A stretch of 64,000 nucleotides of DNA from the human T2T-CHM13v2.0 reference genome, Homo sapiens. Below the pieces are notes generated by a model, which was not told where the DNA came from, ran no database searches, and saw nothing but the letters and a program-made list of their open reading frames with translations. Below are positions 42,019 through 54,864 of this stretch, piece after piece (the first letter of the stretch is position 1; each line of letters starts with the position of its first letter). Position numbers and translations under genes: made by a program. The DNA lies in assembly GCF_009914755.1 (NCBI RefSeq), contig NC_060928.1, one strand, 5' to 3'.

Positions 42019-44309
42019 CAAATATGCAGAATTTGTCCACAAGGATTTTTCCCCTGGAACACCAGAATAACATTGCAAATGAAAAACTTCCTCTAAATCA
42101 ATATAAACAAAAAATTAAAAGGCTGACTATATTAATTTTTTAATCAAACTAATTAGGGATGTAGACAGCCCTGTAGGATCTGAGTGGCCTTATTCAATGC
42201 ATTACTCTTTAGTAGTAAAGAATCAGAAAATTATTTTACCTCTCACTGTTAGCCAATGTCAATTAAAATATTACCTCCACTTATTCTACCTTTCTTATCT
42301 AAAGAAATTATTTGTGTGTTTGTCTTTTTGTTTTATCCTTTGGGAGAACCAAGAGTCAGCCTTTTAAGAAATCAGCTTGGTGCTATACTTTTCATGGTTG
42401 ATTCCTCTTAATAGAATTAGAATTATCAGGTATCTTATGCTTTAAATGTAGCATGTCACCATAGAAATGGCAGAAGAAAATATTAAGTATTTCTCCTTCT
42501 TTCTGTCTCTATGTTCGGGAACTATAAAAATGTATTCAGTAATAGAAGTGCATAAAAAGGATGATAAGATGGTTTGAAAAACAGAAGGATGCTTCTAAAT
42601 TGCTTTGTGAATCTAAAATGTTATGGCATAAATGTCACTTATTAGTCAATAATAACATTTGAAGAGATTCTAACCCAAGATAGTCATGGATTTTATTTTC
42701 AGCACATCTTTCTTTAACATTTATTCCACAATGATAACCCTTGGAAACCAAATACTTGGAAGAAAAGGCAAGGGTAAAGAGAAGGGGGCAGAAAATAAAA
42801 GAGGAAGAGAATATCTACAAAGGTATTTAATCCTTTGAAACAACTTCTTCTTAGCATGAATACCAAGAAAGAATAAACAAACTTTCTTATGTATTAAAAT
42901 TAGAGTTTCTTTAAAATTGCAGAAATATTAATATAGAAAGGAAGTGTTTCAAGTTTTAAAAAACACAGGGAAACTATCAGATGATTTCAATCTTCAGCTT
43001 TCTTAAAGTCTTCCTTAGGGAAAGACCATACCAGGTATCAATAGAGTTGGTTACAGCTATGTCATAATTTGTGTGTATGTGACTGGGCATGACAGAATCA
43101 TTAAGGCCTAACAATTCTAGGGCACATTTAACAGTGGGTTGTCCTGTATTCTTTGTCAGCTCAAATGAATGCTGTGAGTAGACAAACACATTAAATGACT
43201 GTCATTAGATTCATCTAAATCAATACTTTATGTGGTCTTTTAGATGCAGGTGCACCAAACAGCACTCTCTCTCTACTTCTCGTTATGTCTAATCAAGCAC
43301 TGCATATGCAGTGCAGCTAGAGTGGTAGGGATAATGAACTTGTGTTAAGCATTTTTCCAAGACTCCACTGCCAGCATCATTAGGGCTTTGCTAAATAGAA
43401 GAATTTTGTTGCTTAGTAACACAAATATTGCAATGGAGGTGGCGGAAGGCTTTTTTTTTTTTTCCCCAAAATCGTGACTCCCTAATTTACTTTCAGTCCT
43501 GCACGAACAGAGTTCTGATTAATGATGTGGCTCCTTTCTGTCAATGTGATCAGTCTATCTTTTGTGTACCCAGCAATGTACAAACCAAACCCCAGTTGTG
43601 TTAGAAATCTTTGTCTTTAATAGATTCAACTCTCTTAGTTTTTATCAGCCTCACCACTAAAATTAAAAAGCAGTATCCTCACAATACTCTAGCCCAGGTT
43701 TAATTGTATAGAAATATACTCTAAATGGGGGTTCCATTTCTTAAGTGAAACTTGTATGCAATCTGAAATAAATAAATATGACATGTACATATGACAAATA
43801 CATGGTGATAACAAAGTAACACCCCTTCTAAGAATAAGCTTTATAAAGCATTGATAAAGTTGGACAAATCTTTAGAATATTTTTTACATTTTAAAAATAA
43901 TCACTCTAATGTGTTCTTTGACTCCACTGAGACACAAATCCACTTTCATAAAATAGCTTGAGTGAGTCTCCCTCTCTCTTTCTCTACCTCCCTCTCTCTT
44001 TTTCTCTCAGGAACATTTTGATTTTTTAAAATGCATGTGAATATACACAGTAAAATGCAAATGAAAATATAAGAAAAGATCAGAAAACATATTGAAAAAT
44101 GAAAAAAATAATTTTACCTACATGTACCATACCATAAGTGAACTCTAAAATTGGCTCTAGCCTTCTGGTCAACCAAGGCAAAAAGGAAACAGTATGCCTT
44201 GAACAAATCTTTTGAATAAATATATTCTTTTGAATTTGTGAATGAATACAAACTTTTCCCAGAGCTAACATTAAGGAGAAATTTAGCAACATGTTGGAGA
44301 GTCAGTTTC

Positions 44310-44767
44310 TGCATAAGTTTTCTATTGCTGCCATAACAAATTATCATATGCTTTGTGGCTTAAAACAGTACAATTTTATTATCTTCCAGTTCTGTAGGTT
44401 AGAAATCCAACATGGGTCTCACTGGGCTAAAATGAGGGTGTTGGCAGGACTATGTCACTTGTGGAGGCTTAGGAGGATAATCCATTTTCTTGACTTTTCT
44501 AACATCAAGAGGGTGCCCACGTTCTTTGACTCATGTATATCAGCCTCCATTTCAAACCCAACTAAGTTGAATTTCTCCAACCACTCTTCCATAGTCACAG
44601 TTCTCTCTCTAAAGGATCTGCGTGGTTAGGTTGGGACTACCCAGATAATCCAGGATTATGTCTCCATCTCAATGTCCTTAATTTTAATACTGTAAAGTAA
44701 CATATTCACTGGTGCTAGAGATGAGAATGTGGACATCTTTTGGGGGGCCAATATTCTACTAACCACA
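44310..44767 (-). mobile_element. MLT1C/D-like MaLR solo LTR
   Basis: ATTGCTGCCATAACAAATTA...GGCTTAAAACA...GGACATCTTTTGGGGGCC...ACCACA. Confidence 0.85.
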
Positions 44768-44774
44768 GTATGAT

Positions 44775-44990
44775 ATAATGAAAAAGAGGACCTCTATTGT
44801 CAGACCTGAATTTGAATACTGCCTCTCACAATTACTAGCCTTGTGGCCTTCCCATACTTATTTAACCTCATGGGTTTCCATTTCCTCATCTAATCATAGG
44901 AAATTATAATATGGGATCTAAGATCTTGTGGAAAGGGATATGTCAAGTACTTAGCACAGAGCTCAATACACCATAGTTACTATTGTTTTA
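44775..44990 (+). mobile_element. MIR
   Basis: CAGACCTGAATTTGAATACTGCCTCT...TTTCCTCATCT. Confidence 0.65.
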
Positions 44991-47219
44991 GTTGATCTTT
45001 ATCTTTTTTTATACTGTCCTAGCACACTTTTTTTTTCTGATTACTTAGTTTGACAGCAAGATAAAACTTTTATAGTGCCTTGAAGAATGAATGGCTAATG
45101 TGTTGCATCAACTCTTTCTCTTAAATCCCCATTTCCTCAACCATATTTTTTGGCAGATGCCAAGTAACAATCAATTAAGTTTCAGCTCCCTGGTAGAAAT
45201 CCAATGTGTAGGTATTATGTATTATTGATAGTAGAAAAATCCATTCACTCTTTTTCAAAGAGTGAAGTGGTGGTTTAATATTCTTTTTGTGAAAAATAAG
45301 TGGCCTAACAAATTTTCTTCCAGAAAAAGAAATATATTTTTGAGCCACAAAAGTACCTCTGTACAGGTTCACTGATATGATATATCAGTGAACACAAGAG
45401 ATTTATAGGGATAATAATCGTACTTACTTCATAAGGTTGTTGTGAGGCTTTCTCAGCAAAGCTCTGGGTCTGGCAAAATGTCAGGAAACCATGTGAAACA
45501 CTGGAAAGATAGGTTGGCCTTGGTAAAGATCATAAGTCACCATGTGGGAGCAGTGTGATATCTTTCCAAAAGAGTGAACAGAACCCTTACTAATTCCCCA
45601 GTCCTGTATATTATTGCTCAAACCTGCGTCACCCTATTAAATCAATCACTTTTGATGCTATTTAGAAATGATTCTAGATTTCAATCCTTCTTCTCAACTT
45701 CTCCCACCCACATCATCAGTCCTTTATTTCAAGCCATTAGTCTATTATACAAGATATCATTTGGAATTTATTCAAACCTAAGCAACACAAAATCCATCCT
45801 ATAGTAGCTTAAACAAGATACGCTTTTTCTCACGTAACATAAAATCTGGAAGTAAGGAAACTCAGGACTAGTGAGCAGTCGATGATTATCAAAGACCCAG
45901 AGTCACCCATCATGAATGACAACACCTTTGTGAAGCATCTCTGAATCAATTAGTTGGGCTCTCTCCCTGTGTTCAACTTTGTATATTAGCCTTTGCACAA
46001 CTGTCTTGTGCTTTTTCTGTTTCCAAGTGTCTCCCACCTCTGCAGTCTGAGATTGCTTAAATTAAGCCTTCCTATGCTCTTCCTGACACACGGCAAGACC
46101 TCAATACATTTGTATAAAAATTAATTAAAATGAGTGAATTAAGAAGGGAAGTTATTGAAGTGGTTAGCCAAGTACTAAAGAATCAGTTTTTACGTCAAAA
46201 TATGGCAATAGACCCAAAGTTTGGGGAAAAAATAGAAATGTTTCAGAAACCTGAGAAAGAGAAAAAGAAATAAAAGGTGAAAAGCTCAAGGAATCTGGGA
46301 TTCAAGAATCAAAATGTGAAATCCAGGAATCTGGGCACCAAGAAGAAGAGCAAGAAAGGAGCTTGAACATCATCAGGGTGCTAACAAGATATCACCTGGG
46401 CTCTCCTTCTTCCAGGACACCCAGACATGATTTCACACAATTTTTCACATGCAATGGAAGTCTTCGTCTCCCCCAACAGCCAAAATTTTCTGGGTTTTTT
46501 TCAAGTATTTTTCCCCTGTCTCCGTGCTTCTGTTAGTACTGAATTAGTTTGGGTCATGAATTATTTCTCTATTCCATATAGCATTTTAGGGGTAATTCTC
46601 ATCTCCTACCTTAGTTCTTTGGAAAAATCCATTTAACACAACATTTGCATGTATAGGAGACACTACAGAATATCTATGAGGATTAATGAGGATTTTAATT
46701 ATAAACATTAATAAAAGCAACTTCCAACTGAATATTACATAGTCCTAGTACTAAGTATTTTGGCTCTCCGTGCCACCCCCAAACTTTTTCACCTTCTACT
46801 GTACTCAGGCTCCACACATTCTTCTAGTTTTAGGAATGCAGAATTTCTCAGAGCATGTCAGGAAAAATATTACTCCTAAACTTAGCTTTGAGTCCACTGT
46901 GCTTATCTAGATCAAATAAGGATCTTCTTCTCAACAGATATAAGGGGTTGTAATATAACTGGAGAGACTCTTTATCAAAGATAATCAAAATTATAAACAG
47001 TATAAATGTTCCTAATTAGGCCAAAACGTTGAGAGACTATATTCCTAACTTAAGATAAAAATTGGGTTGAAAATATTGTCAAAAGTTAGAATTAGGTGTA
47101 GAAGGGTTAGAGATAGGCTTAGAGTTTCTTGACAAATGTTTAACAATCTTGCATTCTGCTTTAAAGAGGTCTGGATTTGGTTAATGAATGATAAACAGTC
47201 ATTTCCTCATCTGTGAAAA

Positions 47220-47450
47220 AAATTATTCATTCTGCTAATATTTGTCATGCTTCTATGATGTGCCACGTAATGTTCTAAGCTTGTAGATATATCAGTGAAC
47301 AAGAGAGATAAAATACGTACTCTGATAGAAGTTAGAGGTTTATAGGGATAATAATGGTACTTATTTCATAAGGTTGTTGTGAGGATTAAATTATAAAATG
47401 TATGAAGCCCCCTTAGAACACTGCCTGGAATGTTGTAGAAGTTTCAATGA
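47220..47450. mobile_element. L2 tail fragment (-) abutting MIR 3' half (+)
   Basis: GTTCTAAGCTTGTAGATATATCAGTGAACAAGA, then TAGGGATAATAATGGTACTTATTTCATAAGGTTGTTGTGAGGATTAAAT. Confidence 0.7.
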
Positions 47451-47457
47451 TTATAAT

Positions 47458-48043
47458 TGAGGCAGCGTTCCTTCCGCGGGGGCACTAGCTGCGGGGAGTC
47501 TGTTCCTTCAGAGCCCTGATTCAGCGATGGATGAATAAACGTACACTGACACACAGATATTCTGCTCTGCCAGTCCCGCTGAGGGTCCCAGTCGCTTACA
47601 GGCTTCCTGCTGAGCCCTGTAAACAGTTGCCACTGGGCCCTGATCAGCTAGCGAGGCTCTCGCCATTTATTCAGTGACTAATTAACAAAAGTTGTGAGTA
47701 AACACCACTAGAAGGTAAGGATCAAAGGCCAGGTTCCGAGGCCTAAAGCAAACATCATTTGCAGGTAATAAACTTCTGCCGACCCCCGAGTAGGAGGCAG
47801 TAAAGTACCCGCGGTAGGACAAAGGTCAGTCTTAAGCCAATATAAGTAAGCATGTTAGTAAGAGCAACTTCCCACATTCCTTTGTACTTGCACCCTAATC
47901 TTTCTGGCTCCTGCAAGGAGAGCTTGGCTGCCTTCAGCCAAGCAATCTGAAGCTATGCAAACTCTCAGATCTTCCAAGAGAGTTTTTGGCTATTACTATA
48001 ACTATCTTAATATTTTTCCCACCAGCCTGATTGAACCCCAACC
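47458..48043 (-). mobile_element. LTR22 (HERVK22/HML-5) solo LTR
   Basis: Minus strand begins GTTGGGGTTCAATCAGGCTGGTGGGAAAAATATTAAGATAG. 6-bp TSD TATAAT, the ERVK TSD length. Confidence 0.85.
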
Positions 48044-48849
48044 TATAATCACAATTATTATAAGATGATTATACTCTGATGAGAACACTTGATCAAAGTA
48101 CAGTGATGAAGAATAGGAAAGTTCTTGACACATAGGGATGAAAATAATGGAAGCTTATCATGATCCATCCAATTCAACACATATTGATTGAGAGCCTATC
48201 ATATATCAGATAGTGTTCTAGGAGCTTGAAATACAGAAATGATCAAAAAGAAGGAACTCAGAAGTTGTCAGAACATGTTTCTTACCTGGTGTATGAGGTC
48301 CCTATTCTCTCTCTAATAGTCCCTGCTTCTGTGAGCTTAACCACCATTTCAAGTGATCAAATGTCAGGTCATCTTCATTAATGATTATTGTTAAGGATCT
48401 CTGTGAAAATAGATTAACTTTCAGGAATCAAATATAAGTGACTCTCAAAGGCGAAAGACATCCCACTGGCATTCAGATTAAAAACTTAATAAACTGGAAA
48501 ACTATAAAATGTGTAAATGAGGTTAAAAGTATTTAAATAACAATGAATATTTTTCTACCTTAATATTAAAGTTAATAAAATTGATAGTAAAATTCTTTTC
48601 TCTCAGTTGTCATTTTGTGTCAACACAATTTATGACTTGACCCAAGCTCCTTGTGTGCCCATAGAAAAACCTGGCCACTCTACTGTTTTAAGAAATAACG
48701 CTGTAGTCATCCAGAAGTCTTACCTCTCTAAATTCATCTGCAGAAAGTCATATACTTTACACCACACAACTTTCTCCCATTCTAGTCTCATTTTTTCAAG
48801 AGCTGCCAAATCTAAAGGAAGGATAATTACTCACAAACTATAAACGAAT

Positions 48850-49260
48850 TCAGTAAATAATCATAGAAAAATGCTCAGATTCACTAATGAGCAAATAAAT
48901 TCAAATTAAAACAATGAGGCATGAGATATGTATTTAATCTAATAAATTAGCCAAACAAATCCTGTTTTTATAAAGATAATTCCCAATACTATCAAGAAAG
49001 CAGGAAAATTGGTAATCCCATATTGCTGATGTCAGTGTTAATTGGCCTTTAAGGAATAAATCTAACAAAGTGTGTCACATGCTATTAATTTTTTCATATG
49101 TTTTGAACAAGTAACTCAATTTGTTGTGTTGTATCCTAATTTTGAACAGAAGCATATGCATGAAGATGTTATTAACACCATTATGTGTATTAATAAGAAC
49201 AGAAATAATTTAAATGTCAAACAATAAGAAAACTCTTAATTCTAGCACATTATTTAAGCA
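48850..49260 (+). mobile_element. Old L1 (L1ME-like) 3' fragment
   Basis: AAAAATGCTCAGATTCACTAATGAGCAAATAAATTCAAATTAAAACAATGAG. Confidence 0.65.
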
Positions 49261-49314
49261 TTAAAATGTTTTTAAATATTTTTCTTTTTAATATTTAAAA
49301 TATTTTAATATTAA

Positions 49315-49657
<343 letters not shown>

Positions 49658-49936
49658 CAATCTTTACTATTTTTATGTGTACAATTCAGTGGTAATAAAT
49701 ACATTTATATCCTTCTTCCTTTTCTCTTATATTACTCCATTTTACCTTCCTGGCCTCCGATAACCACCAGTCTACTGTCAATCTTCATGAGATCCACTTT
49801 TTTTAGTTCTCACATAGGAGTGAGAATATGCAATGTTTGCCTTTTTGTGTTTGGCTTATTTCACTTACCATAATAGGCTCCAGTTCCATCCACATTGCTG
49901 AAAAAGACAGGATTTCATGCTTTGTTATGGCTGAAT

Positions 49937-49998
49937 TATATTTCATTGTATATGTACATATACAATGAAATATATATGTACATATACAATGAAATATA
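49937..49998. repeat. Perfect 38-bp palindrome plus 24-bp tandem duplication
   Basis: TATATTTCATTGTATATGT|ACATATACAATGAAATATA. 49951-49974 is repeated at 49975-49998. Confidence 0.93.
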
Positions 49999-52260
49999 TA
50001 TGTGTGTATATATATTACATTTTCTTTATCCATTCATCTACTGATGGGCACTTAGGTTGATTCCATATTTTGGCTATTGTGAATAGTGATTTGGGTATTG
50101 TGAATATCATAATATTTGGGTTTTATGAATAGTGCTGCAATAAACATGGAAGTGCAAATATCTCTTTGATATACTGATTACCTTTCTCTCAGATATATAC
50201 ACCGTAGTAGAATTGCTAGACAATATGAAAGTTCTACTTGTAGGTTTTTGAGGAGATTCCATAATGTCCTCCAAGTGGCTATACTAATTTACATTCCCAC
50301 TTAGCGTATGAAGGTTGCCCTTTCTCCACATCCTTGCCAACATCTGTTGTTGCCTGTCTTTTTGATACAAGCCATTTTAACTGGGGTGAGATATCTCATT
50401 GTGGTTTTGATTTGCATATCTCTGATGATTGAAGATGATGAGCATTTTTTCATACACCTGTTGGCCATTTGTATGTCTTCTTTAGGGAAATGTCTATTGA
50501 GATCCTTTGCCTATTTTTAATTTGATTATTTGGGTTTTTCCATTATTGAGTTGTTCGAGCTCCTTATATATTATATATTCTGGTTATTAATCCCCTTTCA
50601 GATGGATAGTTTGCAAATATTTTCTCCTATTCTGCAGGTTGTCTATTCAGTTTTATTGATTGTTTCCTTTGTAGTTCAGAAGCTTTTTAGCTTTATGTAA
50701 TCCCATTTGTCTATTTTTTCTTGGTCGCCTGTGCTTTTGAGGTCTTACACAAAAAAATCTTTTCTCAAATAAATGTCCTAGAGCATTTTCCTAAAGTTTT
50801 CTTCTAGTAGTTTCATAGTTTCTGGTCTTAGATTCAAGTTTTTAATCCATTTTGATTTAATTTTTATGTAGGGTAAGAGATAGGGATCTAGCTTTATTCT
50901 TCTACATATAGATAGTTACCCAGTTTTCCCAGCACCACTTATTGAAAAGACTGTTCTTTCCTCATTGTAAGTTTTTGGTGCCTAAGTTGAAGATAAGCAG
51001 GCTGTAAGTGCATGGATTTATATCTGGATTCTCTATTCTGTTCCATTGGTCCCTGTGTCTATTTTTATGTGAGTACCATGCTGTTTTTATTACTATAGCT
51101 TTAGAATGAATTTTGAAGTCAGGTAGTATGAGGCGACCAACTTTGTTAATTTTGCACAGGATTGCTTTGGCTATTAAGGGTCTTTAGTGGTTCCATATAA
51201 ACTTTAGAATTTTTTCTATTTCTGTGCAGAATGTCATTGGTATTTTGATAGGATTGCATTGAATATGTAAATTACTTTGGGTGGTATTGTCATCTTATCA
51301 ATATTAATTGTTCCAATCCATGAGCATAGACTATCTTTCTGTTTTTTTGGTGTCCTCTTCAATTTCTTTTATCAGTATTTTGTAGTTTTCCTTGTATAGG
51401 TCTTTTACTTCTTTGGTTAGATTGGTTCCTAAGCATTTTATATTTTTTGTAGCTATTGTCAATGGAATTACTTTCATGATTTCTTTTTCAGATTGTTTGC
51501 TGTTGCCATATATAAATGCTACTGATTTTTATATGTTGATTTTGTATCCTGAAACTACTGAATTCTTTTATCAGTTCTAACAGTTTTTTGATGGAGTCTT
51601 TCGATTTTTCTAAATGTAAGAGTGTGTTTTTTGCTAACAAAGCTAATTAGACTTCCTCCTTTCCAATTTGAATGTTCTTTATTTCTTTCTCTTTCCCAAT
51701 TGTTCTGGCCAGGACTTCCAGTATTGTGTTGAATAAAATCAGTGAAAGTGGGAATCCTTGTCTTGTTCCAAGTCTTTAGAGGATAGGTCTTCCATGTTTC
51801 TCCATTCAGTGCAGTGTTAGTCATGGGTTTGTCTTAGATGGCCTTTATTATTTTGTGATATGTTCCTACTGTACACATTTTGATAAGGGTTTTTTAATAA
51901 AGGGATGCTGAATTTTATTAAATGCTTTTGAGGCATCTGTTGAAATAATCATATGGTTTTGTTCATTCTGTTGATGTGATGTAACACATTTATTAATTTG
52001 CATATGTTGAAACATTGTCTTACCCCTAGGATGAATTTCACTTGATCATGGTGAACGATCTTTTTAGTGTTGTTGCATTTGGTTTGCTGGTATTTTGCTG
52101 GGGATTTTTGCAGTTATGTTCTTCAGCGATATTGGCCTGTAGTTTTATTTTCTTGTAGCATCCTTGTCTGGTTTTGGTATTAGGCTAATGCTGGTCTTGT
52201 AGAATGACTTGGGAAGTATTCCCTCCTCTTCAAATTTTTGTAAGAGTTTGAATAGGATTG

Positions 52261-52558
<298 letters not shown>

Positions 52559-54864
52559 GAGTTTGAGAGTTTGAGTAGGATTGATATTAGTTCTTCTTTA
52601 AATATATGGTATAATTCAACAGGGAATCCATCAGATTCTGGGCTTTTATTTGATGGGAGACTCTTTATTACAGCTTTGATCTAATTACTCATTTTTTGTT
52701 TGTTTTGTTAAGGTTTCCTATTTCCTGGTGATTCAATCTTGGTAGATTGTATGTGTCCAGGATTTTATCCATTTCTTCTAGTTTTTTCATTGTGTTGGCA
52801 TGTAGTTGTTCATGATAATCTGTAATGATTCTTTGTATTTCTGAGGTTCTCAGTTTCTGTGTCTCCTTTTATTTGCTGATTTTATTTATTTGCGTCTTCT
52901 CTCTTTTATTCTTAGTCTAGCTAAAGGTTTGTTGATTTTCTTTATCTTTTTTAAAAAACAACCTTTGCTTTGTTGATCCTTTACATTTTTTAGTCTTAAT
53001 TTCATTTATTTCTGCTCTGATCTGTTATTATTTTTTCCTTCTAGTAATTTAGGATTTTATTTATTTTTGCTTTTCTAATTTCTTGAGATGCCTTGTTAGG
53101 TTGTTAATTTGAAGTCTTTCTACTTTTTTGATATAAGCATTTATTGCTATAAACCTTCCTCTTAGTACTGCTTTAGCTGTATTCCATAGAGTTTGGCATT
53201 TTGCATTTTTATTTCAATCAAAATTTTTTAAAATTTCCTTCTTAATTTTATTGACCCATTGGTCATTCAAAAACATGGTTTTTTAAATTTCCATTTGTTT
53301 GTGAATTTTCCAGGGTTCATCTTGTTTTTTATTTCTAGTTGTATTTCATATTTTTCAGAGAAAATACTTGATATTATTTCTAGTTTTCAGAATTTGCACA
53401 GGCTTGTTTTGTGGCTCAAGATATGGTCTATCCTGGAAAATGTTCTATATTCAGTGAAAAAAATGCATGTTCCACAGAACCTAGTGAAATGTTCTGTAAA
53501 TATCAATTAGTCCTATTAGATCTAGTGTGTAGTTTCTCTCCACTGTTTCCTTGTTGATTTTGTGTCTGGATGATCTGTCTGTTACTGAGAATGGGATGTT
53601 AACATCCCTGACTATTATTGTATTGCATTCTATCTCTTCCTTTAGGTCTATTCATGATTGCTTCAAGTATTTAGGAGCTCTGTATTGGGTACATAAATAT
53701 TTATACTTATATCCTCTTATTGAATTGGCTCATTTATCATTTTATAGTGATCTTCCTTGTCTTTTTTCACAGTCTGTGTTGTGTAGTCTATTTCATATAA
53801 TGTCAATATAGTTATTCCTGCTCTTTTTTGCTTTCCAGTTGCACAGAATACCTTTTCCATCCTCTCTAGTTATGTGTGTCTTTACAGGTAAAGTGGGGTT
53901 TTTGAGGGCAGAATATAATTGAGTCATTTCTTTATCCATTCAGCCACTCTATGCCTTTTAGTTGGAGAGTTGAAACCATTCACATTTAGCGTTATTATTG
54001 ATAAGAACTTACCACTGCTGTTTCGTTGCTTGTTTTTTGGTGGTTTTGAGATTCCTCTCTTCTTTTCTTCCTTTCTTACTGTCTTCCTTTTGGCTTAAAT
54101 TATTGTCTCTGATAGTATGTTTTAATTTATTGCTTTTTATTTGTAGTGAATCAATTATAACTTTTTGTGCTGTGGTTATCATGAGATTTCCAAAGTATAT
54201 TTTATTGATGAAACAAGTTACTTTAAAGGGATGGTGACTTATCTTAGAACACAAATAAAAGAATAGACACAAACAAAGGCAAAAAAACCCACAAACACAA
54301 TTCTACACTTTATCTCCATCTGCCTTACATTTTGACTTTTAGTTGTCTCAATTTACATATTTTAATTACCTATCTCTTAACAGGTTGCCATGCTATTTTT
54401 GTTTTTGATAAATTTTTCTTTGGGATTTTATACTAGAGTTATAGGTGGATGGCACACCACAAATGCATACTCTGAGTTTGAATACTCTGAGTTTGTTCAT
54501 GTACTTAATTTTGCACCTTAGTGCTTTTGTTTTTCAGTTTGAAGAACTCCCTTTAGCATTTCTTGCAAAACGGGTCTGTTGGTGGTGAATTCTCTCAGCC
54601 TTTGTTTGTCTGTGAAAGACTTTTCTCTATCCTCAAATTAGAATGAGAATTCTGCTGAATACATTTCTGGGTGGCAGTTTTTTCTTTGAACACTTTGAAA
54701 ATATTGTTCTATTCCCCTTGAGCCAGTATGGTTTCTCTTGAGAAGCCTGTTGCCAAACTAATTGTAGCTCCCTTATATATTACTTGATTATTTCTTGCTG
54801 CTTTTAGGATCTTCTCTTTGCCCTTGACTTTTGAGGATTTGATTATCTAATGCCTTGGGGTATT

